Assembly (NCBI GenBank): GCA_047946875.1
Contig: CP181398.1
Coordinates: 15,154-79,153 of the forward strand
Reading direction: 5' to 3'
Length of the DNA stretch: 64,000 nt
Source of the DNA: Candidatus Kerfeldbacteria bacterium
Lineage (GTDB): Bacteria; Patescibacteriota; Patescibacteriia; UBA10025; JAHIVO01
A program made the translations under genes and the position numbers. Within the stretch, counting starts at the first letter, position 1; each line of letters opens with the position of its first letter. The notes below the pieces were generated by a model. The model saw nothing but the letters and a program-made list of their open reading frames with translations, did not search any database and was not told where the DNA came from. Positions 1 through 9,124 of this stretch are shown one piece after another.

Positions 1-16
1 AATGTGATTTTTACCG

Positions 17-48
17 CCCACCCAAGCTATTGTTTGGGTGGGTTTTTT
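17..48 (+). terminator. Intrinsic terminator for a gene left of the window
   Basis: CCCACCCAA..TTGGGTGGG stem followed by a T6 run. Confidence 0.65.
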
Positions 49-151
49 ATAACCCTTGCGTAATTTGAATATTGAAGAATTAAAAAAAACCGTTAATTCA
101 GAATCAGACAAGGATAATAAAAAAATGGAGTTATCTCCATTTATAAAAAGC

Positions 152-206
152 TGGTGCCCTCGGCAGCCCCGCTTTTAGCGGGATCTTTACTTCGTTACGA
201 GAATCG
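152..206 (-). repeat. Copy of tRNA-Arg 3' end interrupted in the T-arm by a palindrome
   Basis: tggtgccctcggcag (152-166) is identical to 248-262; then a CCCGCT-TTT-AGCGGG insert; then gaatcg resumes the tRNA sequence. Confidence 0.7.
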
Positions 207-247
207 TGTCGAATCTGTTAGAGTAAGTTAAGTGTTATATTAAAAGA

Positions 248-322
248 TGGTGCCCTCGGCAGGAATCGAACCTACATCTCAGGCTCCGCAAGCTTGCGTC
301 CTATCCGTTGAACGACGAGGGC
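248..322 (-). tRNA. tRNA-Arg (anticodon GCG), CCA encoded
   Basis: Reverse complement folds as a cloverleaf: GCCCTCG acceptor stem, CAAGC-TTGCGGA-GCCTG anticodon arm, GGTTCGATTCC T-arm, ACCA end. Confidence 0.95.
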
Positions 323-345
323 GTATTTTTTTAACAATTTATTAT

Positions 346-849
346 TTATAATCTTAATAAACGGCTAAATCCATCGGAAAAAGATTCATCTTCTTTGTCA
401 GTATCTTCTATTATGTATTCAAGTAATATTTTTCTAATATTAAGTGGATTTTGATTTTCTAAAGAAATGGTAATAGATGGCTTAAATCCAGTTTTAAATT
501 CTAAATATAAATTTTTTACTTCCGGCGGTTCATAAATAATCCAGAATTGTTTTATTTCTTTCCATTCATAAAATGTATTATCACTAATTTGGATACCATC
601 TTCAAAAATTTTAATTTGTAGAGTAAGTGGTTCTCTTTTTGCTCTTATATAATAAATAAATATATACAAAAGAATTATCCCTAAAAATAAGTATCCTTGG
701 GTAGAAATTGCAAAGATAGTCAGACCGATTACTATGAGTGCTATTATTAAGTACCAAATGAATGATCTAGAATATTTTTGGAATTCCGGAAAATCCCATG
801 AAGTTAGCAGTTTACCTGGATCATTTGGAATTTTTTTATCGTCAGTCAT
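346..849 (-). CDS. Two-TM membrane protein with C-terminal PH-like domain (DUF5673/YcxB-like)
   Basis: 167 aa ORF with two hydrophobic helices followed by 'IFEDGIQI..YEWKEIKQFW'. Confidence 0.75.
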   Translation of the reverse strand: MTDDKKIPNDPGKLLTSWDFPEFQKYSRSFIWYLIIALIVIGLTIFAISTQGYLFLGIILLYIFIYYIRAKREPLTLQIKIFEDGIQISDNTFYEWKEIKQFWIIYEPPEVKNLYLEFKTGFKPSITISLENQNPLNIRKILLEYIIEDTDKEDESFSDGFSRLLRL

Positions 850-864
850 ATAATTTAGTTGTTA

Positions 865-1089
865 TTAAATCAATTCTTTTAAAGATTCAATATGCTTTTC
901 TGTAACATGCTCTGAGTTTCTGATTAATATGTTTCTTAGAAGCCATTTAGTATTTTCTGGTTTTGAAATATCCCTTCTATGTATAGGTAAGTCTAGTTCA
1001 GGACTATTGATAAATATTTGTAATTCATTAGTTGAAGTTTCTGAATTTTCATTTGCATTTTGATGAAAATTATTTTCTCTATTTTCCAT
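865..1089 (-). CDS. Small hypothetical protein
   Basis: 74 aa ORF, co-oriented and 15 bp from the next gene. Confidence 0.55.
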   Translation of the reverse strand: MENRENNFHQNANENSETSTNELQIFINSPELDLPIHRRDISKPENTKWLLRNILIRNSEHVTEKHIESLKELI

Positions 1090-1145
1090 AATGATATTAT
1101 TTGATAGACAGGAAATTTTTATCGATGCCTTCTTTTGTAAGAAGA

Positions 1146-1185
1146 GCGGAGAGGGTGGTCCCGCTAGTCAGCGGGATAAAGATTC
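1146..1185 (-). repeat. Degenerate tRNA-Ser 3' end copy interrupted by a palindrome
   Basis: gcggagagggtgg + TCCCGCT-AGTC-AGCGGGA-taaa + gattc, compared with tRNA gcggtgggagtgggattc. Confidence 0.55.
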
Positions 1186-1197
1186 TCTCTTTTTTAT

Positions 1198-1287
1198 TGG
1201 CGGTGGGAGTGGGATTCGAACCCACGAAGGGCTTGCACCCTTACTGGTTTTCAAGACCAGCGCCTTCAACCACTCAGCCATCCCACC
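1198..1287 (-). tRNA. tRNA-Ser (anticodon TGA), CCA encoded
   Basis: Cloverleaf with long variable arm; CTGGT-CTTGAAA-ACCAG anticodon arm; GCCA end. Confidence 0.97.
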
Positions 1288-1583
1288 TTGTTTGATTATG
1301 TTTTCAGTTAAAAGAAGATTTGTATTTGAAGTCTCATTTATCCCGTCCATTGTGAAGTTCAACCCTTGTCCCGCCAACGGCGGGAACTTTGGCACTTCTC
1401 CTTGAAGTATTTTAGGCTTTGTCTTGAACTTTAACTATATAATTAGTATATATGTTTTTTTGTCCTTTGAACAGTATATTTTGCCTATTTTTTGTTAATT
1501 AAGCTAATATATATGGATTTTTCATCAACAATGCAGACTATCATACATATTTGGTAGTTGGCAATAGATGATGGTTTAAAACT

Positions 1584-2954
1584 CTAGATATTTTTAATAA
1601 CAGAGCCAGCCGGTGTGTCTTCGACTTGAAAGCCATTGTTTTCAATTTGTTTACGTAGTTCGTCAGCTTGATCATAATTTTTTTCGATGCGGGCAGTTTC
1701 TCGTTCAGTTACTAACTTTTTTACTTCAGCAGAGACATTAATTGGCTTAGCTTGTGCAAGATCAAGACCTAGCACCTCATCAAATTTGAGCAGAGAAGCT
1801 TTTTTTGCTTCAGGAGGATAGTCTGATTTTAATAAATCCCAAACGACAGCCAAGGCTTTTGGAGTGTTAAGGTCATCGTTGATTGCATCTATAAAGTGTT
1901 GTTCGAATTCAGCGCAGCCTACTTTAGGCTCACCATATTCTGCAGCAAAAGATGTTAAATTATCAAGAGCATTTTGAGCAGCGTCGAGTGCTTCCCATGA
2001 GAATGATAATTTTTTTCGATAATGTGTTCCTAAGACAAAATAACGATAGGCTAAAGGGTTGTATCCTTTTTCTTTGAATGTATCAAGTTTTACGAAATTG
2101 TTTTCTGATTTGGCCATTTTTTCTTCTTTCCCTAGTATTAGGAATTCATTATGCATCCAGAAGTTTACAAATTTTTTATTTGTTACTGCTTCTGTCTGTG
2201 CAATTTCATTGGTATGATGAACTGCGATATGATCTATTCCTCCACAGTGGATATCAAAGTGTTCACCAAGATATTTAGCTGCCATTACGGAGCACTCCAA
2301 ATGCCATCCTGGGAAACCTATGCCCCAAGGAGATTCCCATTCCATTTGACGCTTAGTATCTTTGGGAGAAAATTTCCACAAAGCGAAGTCAGTGGCGTTA
2401 CGTTTTTCTTCATTTTTTTTTATTCGAGCCCCTTCTTGTAGTTCGTTAAGATTTTGGCCTGTCAGTTTACCGTAGTCGTTAAGTTTACTTGTGTCGAAAT
2501 ATATACCATCTGATATTTGATAAGTAAATCCTTTTTCTTCTAATTTTTTTATCCAATCAATCTGTTCTGGGATATGGTCAGTTGCTTTGGCCCAAGTATC
2601 CGGTTCTAGAAGATTGAGATCTTTCATATTTTCTTTAAAAGCTTTGGTATAGAATTTGGCAATTTCCCATACTGTTTTATTTTGAGCTGCTGCACTTTTT
2701 TCCATTTTATCATCACCTTCATCTGCATCGGAAGTTAAGTGTCCAACATCGGTGATATTCATGACATGATTCACTTTAAAATTATTTGCAAGAAGAGTTC
2801 GTTTTAAAATGTCCTCAAAAATGTAACTACGTAAGTTACCGATATGTGCATAATTATAAACAGTCGGACCGCAGGTATATAATTTCACAACATTTTTTTC
2901 TATAGGACAAAAAACATCCTTCTTTCGTGTTAGGGTGTTGTAAAATTTTAGCAT
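1584..2954 (-). CDS. cysS: Cysteine--tRNA ligase
   Basis: [27 protein letters not shown] and KMAKS motifs. Confidence 0.98.
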   Translation of the reverse strand: MLKFYNTLTRKKDVFCPIEKNVVKLYTCGPTVYNYAHIGNLRSYIFEDILKRTLLANNFKVNHVMNITDVGHLTSDADEGDDKMEKSAAAQNKTVWEIAKFYTKAFKENMKDLNLLEPDTWAKATDHIPEQIDWIKKLEEKGFTYQISDGIYFDTSKLNDYGKLTGQNLNELQEGARIKKNEEKRNATDFALWKFSPKDTKRQMEWESPWGIGFPGWHLECSVMAAKYLGEHFDIHCGGIDHIAVHHTNEIAQTEAVTNKKFVNFWMHNEFLILGKEEKMAKSENNFVKLDTFKEKGYNPLAYRYFVLGTHYRKKLSFSWEALDAAQNALDNLTSFAAEYGEPKVGCAEFEQHFIDAINDDLNTPKALAVVWDLLKSDYPPEAKKASLLKFDEVLGLDLAQAKPINVSAEVKKLVTERETARIEKNYDQADELRKQIENNGFQVEDTPAGSVIKNI

Positions 2955-3018
2955 AGGGTAGTGAATTAGATGTTTTTTAATATAATAAAGAGAAGTTAAA
3001 TTCTTTATTACATAGGTA

Positions 3019-3534
3019 TTATAAGGGTTTTTTAGCTCTTTGAAAAGGGTGAGATTTGAGGCATGTGGGTTGGGGGACGAATTTTAATTTTATGTTACTA
3101 ATTATTAGGTCGTAGCTAGATAATAATCTTGCTTTTGTATATTTAGTCTGTTTTTCTATATCTTTTTCCTTACTTTCCAAAATTTTAAATTTGTCATACC
3201 ACGGGTTATCTATAGTAACATAGGGTGGAAGCTCAACATCAGGAAACTGATCAGCAGTTATTTCTACGAAAATATTTTCTTTTTGAAGCCAGGCATGAGA
3301 TTGATAACTATTGTTATTATTATTTCTAATTTCACCTAAGGTATATTCGAATATACCTTGATTCATATCATTTAAATATTTTCCTAATAGTAAGGAGGAT
3401 TCTCCACATGAATCTTTTGGAAAATTTCGTAGATTACCAATTAAAGAGTTTTTATTACATTTCAAAAGTGCAATTCTAAATTCAGTTGCTAATTTTTCAA
3501 GATATTCTAATTCTTTATCTTTTTTATCTACCAT
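3019..3534 (-). CDS. Hypothetical protein with candidate Cys-His-acid catalytic triad
   Basis: [22 protein letters not shown] pattern, papain/transglutaminase-like order. Confidence 0.7.
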   Translation of the reverse strand: MVDKKDKELEYLEKLATEFRIALLKCNKNSLIGNLRNFPKDSCGESSLLLGKYLNDMNQGIFEYTLGEIRNNNNNSYQSHAWLQKENIFVEITADQFPDVELPPYVTIDNPWYDKFKILESKEKDIEKQTKYTKARLLSSYDLIISNIKLKFVPQPTCLKSHPFQRAKKPL

Positions 3535-3555
3535 GATTTATATTGTTTAGGTAAT

Positions 3556-4311
3556 TTATACACCATCTTTGTTAACCTCATTAGGAAATTGTATCTTAAC
3601 CAAATTAATGATGTTTTCCAAGCTGTTATACAAAAATTGATACTGTTCTGCTAAAAATTGGGGTTTTTCATCTCTATCTTTTTGTTGCTTTTCTAATATT
3701 TCTGACTCATCACTCTTTTCAACTAAATTTTTTATAATAGCATAATAACTTGTTTGATTGTGTATTATTTCATTTCGATAGGGGTTAATAATTATTTTGT
3801 ATTCTTTATCACGAAATTTTTTTAATTTAAAATAGTAATTATTTCCATAACAATCCTTATTAATTTTATCAATTACTTTATCAAAATAAATATTTTTATC
3901 GTTTTTAATCTCCTCAAAAAATACATTTAAAAAATTACCCACCCTATTCCATGTGCTGTATAGTCTACTGTAGCCATCGTCCAGAAAGAAACAAAATAGC
4001 CAGTCAATATTTGAGGGGTTATATCCAGCGACGATTGGAGTTAATCCTAACTTTTTATAAAATAATACACTGGCAATTGAATATCTAAGACCGTCAATGC
4101 ATAATAGTAAATCATCCCAAATATAATCTACTTGGCCTTCTTTGTTAAATTTATTTTTTAAATAATTAATGCAATTTTTAAACTCAAGGTTTCTACTATT
4201 ATAACATTCATCTAGTTTATATTTTTCAGCTACACCTACAATGATATCATAATGGTTTTTTGTGATTTGTAGCGACTCGCGATTTAACTTTAGATCTAGT
4301 TTAGACAACAT
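3556..4311 (-). CDS. HEPN-domain protein (Cthe_2314-like), putative RNase
   Basis: RNEIIH (Rx4H) motif in a helical protein; upstream 'YSRLYSTWNRVG' segment. Confidence 0.7.
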   Translation of the reverse strand: MLSKLDLKLNRESLQITKNHYDIIVGVAEKYKLDECYNSRNLEFKNCINYLKNKFNKEGQVDYIWDDLLLCIDGLRYSIASVLFYKKLGLTPIVAGYNPSNIDWLFCFFLDDGYSRLYSTWNRVGNFLNVFFEEIKNDKNIYFDKVIDKINKDCYGNNYYFKLKKFRDKEYKIIINPYRNEIIHNQTSYYAIIKNLVEKSDESEILEKQQKDRDEKPQFLAEQYQFLYNSLENIINLVKIQFPNEVNKDGV

Positions 4312-4364
4312 GGATCACGCTTTTTAAATTAATTACTAGATGAGAGTTTTTGATTATTTTAATA

Positions 4365-5366
4365 TTATTGTTGATATTCCATATAACATTTCATTGTTTC
4401 TTTTTCTCCAGACAGATATGCTCCTTCAAAAAACAACTCATTTTCTCCTGGCTCAAAATCAAAATATATAATTGTATTAAAGCTATTGCCATTTAATTCA
4501 ATATTTTTATCATTAACAGTTAGAGTTGAACCGGCAAAAGATCCTCTGATTTGGATTTCTTTTTCTGACAGGTACTCGTCAGGCAATAACTTCTCTCCAA
4601 ATCTTAAACACTTATTTGCCCCATCACTATCTTTTTCAATAAGTGGTCTCATAATTGTTAGATGTAGTGGCATACGTTGCACTGCCTCATTCGTAGTAAT
4701 TGTTTTGCTATTTATATTCTGATTGTTATTATTCTCTTTATCTAGTACGGCGATAAAACCTGCAATTAACATAATAATTAGGAATACAAAAAATATCCAC
4801 AAATCAAGCTGTTTCTTTTTTTCAATTTTTTTTGTGATTTTTTTCTTTACAAATATCACTACAGTTTTTGCTATTTTATCGTGCCAACTTAACTTCTCTT
4901 TACTAAAAGCAATTGCAATATAACCCATAAATAATATACTTGATGGAATTTTCCCCAATGACCTAATAAATGCAATATTATAATCAATCGGTTCTAAATC
5001 TCTAGTAACTACCCTGAGGCCTAATAATTTTTTTCCTATCGTTGAACCGCTTTTACCTTCAAAATAGATAAAGTACCCCCAAGTTAAAAACAGATAAAGA
5101 ATAATAAAAACTATATATTCATCTTGAAAACTAGGTGACAATATATACAAAATTACTAAAAATATACAATTAATAAATCCGTCAATTAAATAAGCAAAAA
5201 ATCTAATCCAAAATCCTGCATATTTAACAGTATCAATTTCTTGTTTTTGCTCTGAATATTTAATATTTTCTTGTTTGTTTTGTTTTATTTCTTGAGCTTT
5301 ATAGCCACAGTATTTACAAAATTTTACCCCTTCCGATATTTGTTTTCCACATTGTTCACAAAACAT
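4365..5366 (-). CDS. Zinc-ribbon plus RDD family membrane protein with extracellular C-terminal domain
   Basis: CxxC..CxxC N-terminus; YAGFWIRFFAYLID, TIGKKLLGLRVV and WHDKIAKT RDD motifs. Confidence 0.9.
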   Translation of the reverse strand: MFCEQCGKQISEGVKFCKYCGYKAQEIKQNKQENIKYSEQKQEIDTVKYAGFWIRFFAYLIDGFINCIFLVILYILSPSFQDEYIVFIILYLFLTWGYFIYFEGKSGSTIGKKLLGLRVVTRDLEPIDYNIAFIRSLGKIPSSILFMGYIAIAFSKEKLSWHDKIAKTVVIFVKKKITKKIEKKKQLDLWIFFVFLIIMLIAGFIAVLDKENNNNQNINSKTITTNEAVQRMPLHLTIMRPLIEKDSDGANKCLRFGEKLLPDEYLSEKEIQIRGSFAGSTLTVNDKNIELNGNSFNTIIYFDFEPGENELFFEGAYLSGEKETMKCYMEYQQ

Positions 5367-5449
5367 ATTATTTTCTAAATTTAATAATTAAACATATCAA
5401 GAAATCCATTATCTCGGTTACATGGGTTGGATCCGATACTTAGTTGTCT

Positions 5450-5588
5450 TGGCGGAGAGAGGGATTTACGCCTCGCCTCTGCTTTACAGAGGCTCGTTGT
5501 CCTGGGCAGAGCTGAATGTTCCCAGGGTCACATTCATCTACACTCGTCTATCGCTACGCTCTGTCTCGTTTCTGCCCGTTCGAATCCT
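5450..5588 (-). repeat. tRNA-Ser 3' end copy (with CCA) interrupted in the T-arm by a ~110-nt structured insert
   Basis: tggcggagagagggatt ... ttcgaatcct flank a GC-rich insert with hairpins (gcctctg/cagaggc, cctggg/cccagg). Confidence 0.65.
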
Positions 5589-5649
5589 AGTTATTTAATA
5601 ATCCGTGTTAGAGTATAACTATAAAATTACTAAAATATATTCGTTCATT

Positions 5650-5737
5650 CGGAGAGAGAGGGATTCGAACCCTCGAGACCCGTGAAGGGCCTAACACCTT
5701 AGCAGGGTGCCCCGTTCAACCACTCCGGCATCTCTCC
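5650..5737 (-). tRNA. tRNA-Ser (anticodon GCT), CCA not encoded
   Basis: GGAGAGA acceptor stem, GCACC-CTGCTAA-GGTGT anticodon arm, long variable arm; discriminator G followed by AAT. Confidence 0.96.
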
Positions 5738-5749
5738 TCGTTAATAATG

Positions 5750-6460
5750 TTATAGATCACCTCTAGCAATTACTAGTCCCCAAATTTTTTTTACTCCAGC
5801 TTTTTTTAGAATTTCAGCACACTCTTCTAGTGTGGATAGGGTAGTAGCAACATCATCTATGATTATAACATTTTTATTGATAAAATCAAGAGATTTATTG
5901 ATTTTAAAAGCTGATTTTACATTTAAAATTCTTTCTTTTCTCGATAATTTAGTTTGAGTTTCAGTATTTTTGCCTCGATAAATAATATTAGGATTATACG
6001 GACTATTAGTTTTTTTAGCAATACTTGATGCTAGTAAATTGGATTGGTTAAAACCTCTTTCAAGTAGCCTTTTTTTATATAAGGGCATAGGAATAAATAC
6101 ATATTGTTCAGATTTTAGTTTTATATCGTTATTAAGATATTTATTAAATGTTTTTAGTAATAGTTTTGATAAGGGATATCGTAGATCCGTGATATATTTG
6201 TATTTAAAGTTATGAATTAATTTTTGAATTAATTGTTCATTTAAACTGGTGGCCACTAACAATCCATCTAGATTGGAATGACTTGTACATTTTTTACATG
6301 TTTCTCCATTATTTTTGATTCTGCATATAGGACAGGTTTGTTTATTGAGAAGATTAATTTTTTCAAAGCATTTATTACATAACCACAAATCATCTTGTCC
6401 ACATTGTAGACATTGTTTAGGAAATATAATATCTAGTATAAAATTTATTATTTTGTTCAT
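5750..6460 (-). CDS. comF: ComF family competence protein (double zinc ribbon plus PRTase fold)
   Basis: Four CxxC pairs, RGFNQS and IIIDDVATT motifs. Confidence 0.93.
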   Translation of the reverse strand: MNKIINFILDIIFPKQCLQCGQDDLWLCNKCFEKINLLNKQTCPICRIKNNGETCKKCTSHSNLDGLLVATSLNEQLIQKLIHNFKYKYITDLRYPLSKLLLKTFNKYLNNDIKLKSEQYVFIPMPLYKKRLLERGFNQSNLLASSIAKKTNSPYNPNIIYRGKNTETQTKLSRKERILNVKSAFKINKSLDFINKNVIIIDDVATTLSTLEECAEILKKAGVKKIWGLVIARGDL

Positions 6461-6461
6461 A

Positions 6462-6492
6462 AAAACTTCCCATTTATAAGTGGGAAGGTTTT
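6462..6492 (-). terminator. Hairpin downstream of clpC
   Basis: CTTCCCA..TGGGAAG stem flanked by A and T runs. Confidence 0.55.
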
Positions 6493-6515
6493 AAATAGTA
6501 ACTTTATTTGTTTAA

Positions 6516-9005
6516 TTATTTTAGCACAATCTCATCATTTTTGGTAGTAACTTTTATAGTGCTTCCTGGTTTAAATCTATTATGTAATAGTTCTTTTGCT
6601 ATTTCATTTTCGATCATTTCCTGTACGAATCTTCGGATAGCTCTAGCTCCTTGGTCTGGAGTAAAACTTTTTTTAGATATTAATTTAATAGTACTACTAT
6701 CTATTTTTATCTTTAAATCTTGTTCTTGTAATTTCTTTTCTAAATTTTTTAATTCTAAAGCTACAATCTTTTCAATAACTTCTTTAGTAAGTGGTTTGAA
6801 AACAATAATTTTATCTAGTCTGTTTAGAAGTTCTGGTCTAAAGCTTTGTTTCAAATCTTCAAGTACTTTTGTTTTCATTTTTTCAAATTGTTCCTTGGCA
6901 GTTTCTTGGTCTTCTTTAGTTTTTGCTCCAAATCCCATTGAAGCAGTTTTATTAAGACTAGACATTCCAATATTAGAAGTCATTATAATAATGGTATTTT
7001 TGAAATTTGTTTGCCTACCAGATGCATCAGTTAGGTGGCCATCTTCTAATATTTGTAGCAGTAGATTAAATACTTCTGGATGAGCTTTTTCTATTTCATC
7101 AAATAGCACAACTGAATAAGGTCGTCTTCTTACGGGTTCTGTAAGTTTATTACCTTCTTTATATCCTACATAACCAGCGGGAGCACCAATTAGTTTGGAG
7201 ACGTTAAAGCTTTCTACAAATTCAGACATATCTATTCTGATTAATGCTTTTTCATCTTCAAATATAGTTTTAGCAAGTACTTTAGCTGTTTCTGTTTTAC
7301 CGACACCAGATGGGCCCAAGAAAATAAATGAAGCAATAGGTCTATTAGGATCAGACAAGCCAACACGTGAACGACGGATAAAGTCAGCAACAATCTTAAG
7401 TGTTTCGTCTTGACCAATAATTTTCTCTGCTAGAATCTTTTCTAGATTTATTAGTCTTTCTTTTTCACTAATAACTAGGTCGTGTAGTGGTACTTTAGTT
7501 ATTTGTGAAATAACTTCAGCGATATCATCTTTAGTAATTTTTCCAATGAATTTTTTTTCGGATAGCGATTGCTTGTGTCTTAGACCAGATAGTTTCTCTA
7601 ATAAAATATTTTCTTTCACTTTCACTTTAACTGCATGTTCATAATTTTCTTTATTTACTAGCTCATTCTTTTCATCCTTCAATTTTTCTATACTTTTCTC
7701 AAGTTGATGTATTTCTTTTAACAGTCCATCGCCTTTATGTCTGATTTTAATTTTAGAAGCTGCTTCATCTATTAGATCAATAGCTTTGTCAGGTAAAAAT
7801 TTATCTTGTAAATATCTTTCACTTAAAGTTACTGCTGCTTCAATGGCCTCATCTGTGATGTGAACCAAATGATATTTTTCATAATTTTCTTTAATACCTT
7901 TAAGAACTTCTTTTGTTTCATCGAATGACGCCTCTTCAATAATTATAGGTTGAAACCTCCTTTCTAACGCAGTATCTGATTCAATATATTTCCTATATTC
8001 GTCTAAGGTAGTAGCTCCGATGGTCCTGATCTCTCCTTTTGCAAGAGCTGGTTTCAAAATATTTGCTGCGTCCATAGATCCGGCAGCTGAGCCCGTACCA
8101 ATTATTGTATGTAATTCATCAATGAATAGTATTATATTTGGATCTTTCTTAATCTCATCAATTATTTGTTTGAAGCGACTTTCGAATTCTCCACGATATA
8201 TAGTGCCAGCAATAACTAAACTTAAATCAAGTTTAAGTATTTTTTTATTAAGCAATACATCTGGCACATCTCCAGCAATAATTTTTTTTGCTAGTCCTTC
8301 TACTATTGCAGTTTTACCAACGCCTGGCTCACCAATTAATACGGGATTATTTTTGGTCCTACGTGAAAGTATATGAATCAAGCGATCAATCTCTGTTAGT
8401 CTTCCGATGACTGGATCAATACTTTTTTGTAGGCGATCGTTTGTAAGATTTGTAGCAAAGAAATCGAGAGCAGGGCGTGATGAAGAATTTTTTTCCTTAT
8501 TTGATTTGTCTGATTCTTTTGATTTGTCAAAAATTTGAGTTAAATCTGGAAATTTTGAAGTACTATTCATAACTGTATTCAAATGTGATTTTAGCTTATT
8601 TAGGTTTATTCGATTATTTTCCCATAAAGACATTAAAGCAGGAATATCGATTTGGATTAAACTATATAGTAGATGCTCCGTACCAATATATTTATGATTA
8701 TTTTGATGGGCAATTAAGGCTGCTTTTTCGATAACTTTTTTTGTATTGTCGTGAGTTTGAATATTGTTAGAGTTTTTATCATTAATTGGTTTATTATTTT
8801 TAATGATTTGACTACGTATTCTTTCTGAAGTTAATCCTTTTTGGATTAGTATTTCTGTAGCAATACTACCTTTTTGTAATATAAGACCATAAATCAAGTG
8901 CTCAGGATTGACGTATTCATGACCAAGTGAAATACCAAGTTCGCGAGCTTTCTTTAGGGAGCTCTTTAGGTGGGTTGTAAATTTATCTAGAATATTATTA
9001 TTCAT
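6516..9005 (-). CDS. clpC: ATP-dependent Clp protease ATP-binding subunit (ClpC-type)
   Basis: Two Clp-N repeats; Walker A GEPGVGKT and GPSGVGKT; short UVR-like middle domain; MGF ClpP-docking loop. Confidence 0.93.
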   Translation of the reverse strand: MNNNILDKFTTHLKSSLKKARELGISLGHEYVNPEHLIYGLILQKGSIATEILIQKGLTSERIRSQIIKNNKPINDKNSNNIQTHDNTKKVIEKAALIAHQNNHKYIGTEHLLYSLIQIDIPALMSLWENNRINLNKLKSHLNTVMNSTSKFPDLTQIFDKSKESDKSNKEKNSSSRPALDFFATNLTNDRLQKSIDPVIGRLTEIDRLIHILSRRTKNNPVLIGEPGVGKTAIVEGLAKKIIAGDVPDVLLNKKILKLDLSLVIAGTIYRGEFESRFKQIIDEIKKDPNIILFIDELHTIIGTGSAAGSMDAANILKPALAKGEIRTIGATTLDEYRKYIESDTALERRFQPIIIEEASFDETKEVLKGIKENYEKYHLVHITDEAIEAAVTLSERYLQDKFLPDKAIDLIDEAASKIKIRHKGDGLLKEIHQLEKSIEKLKDEKNELVNKENYEHAVKVKVKENILLEKLSGLRHKQSLSEKKFIGKITKDDIAEVISQITKVPLHDLVISEKERLINLEKILAEKIIGQDETLKIVADFIRRSRVGLSDPNRPIASFIFLGPSGVGKTETAKVLAKTIFEDEKALIRIDMSEFVESFNVSKLIGAPAGYVGYKEGNKLTEPVRRRPYSVVLFDEIEKAHPEVFNLLLQILEDGHLTDASGRQTNFKNTIIIMTSNIGMSSLNKTASMGFGAKTKEDQETAKEQFEKMKTKVLEDLKQSFRPELLNRLDKIIVFKPLTKEVIEKIVALELKNLEKKLQEQDLKIKIDSSTIKLISKKSFTPDQGARAIRRFVQEMIENEIAKELLHNRFKPGSTIKVTTKNDEIVLK

Positions 9006-9034
9006 AATTATATTGTTTATTGTATGTGCATTAT

Positions 9035-9063
9035 ATTATAAAAAAACACCTCTCACAAGTCAA
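9035..9063 (-). promoter_or_regulatory. Sigma70-type promoter of clpC
   Basis: TTGACT-17 bp-TATAAT on the minus strand, 30 bp upstream of ATG. Confidence 0.7.
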
Positions 9064-9124
9064 AAGGTGCTTTTCTGATTTTTTTTGTAGTAATTAGTTA
9101 TATATCTATTTGGTAATAATACTA

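Noticed and set aside
1091-1405. ORFs 1091..1405, 1101..1295 and 1168..1395
   Set aside because: They overlap the tRNA-Ser(TGA) gene and are translation artefacts
3019-5588. Intact tRNA-integrated genomic island
   Set aside because: No integrase; the tRNA 3' copy lies before the accessory genes rather than bounding them, and no second att copy was seen near cysS
5427-5618. 63-aa ORF on the plus strand
   Set aside because: It coincides with the interrupted tRNA-end repeat and has no protein-like features
6508-8376. Plus-strand ORFs inside clpC (and similar shadow ORFs inside cysS, pilM, pilB, pilC, ndk and the adhesin genes)
   Set aside because: Antisense or out-of-frame shadows of well-supported genes
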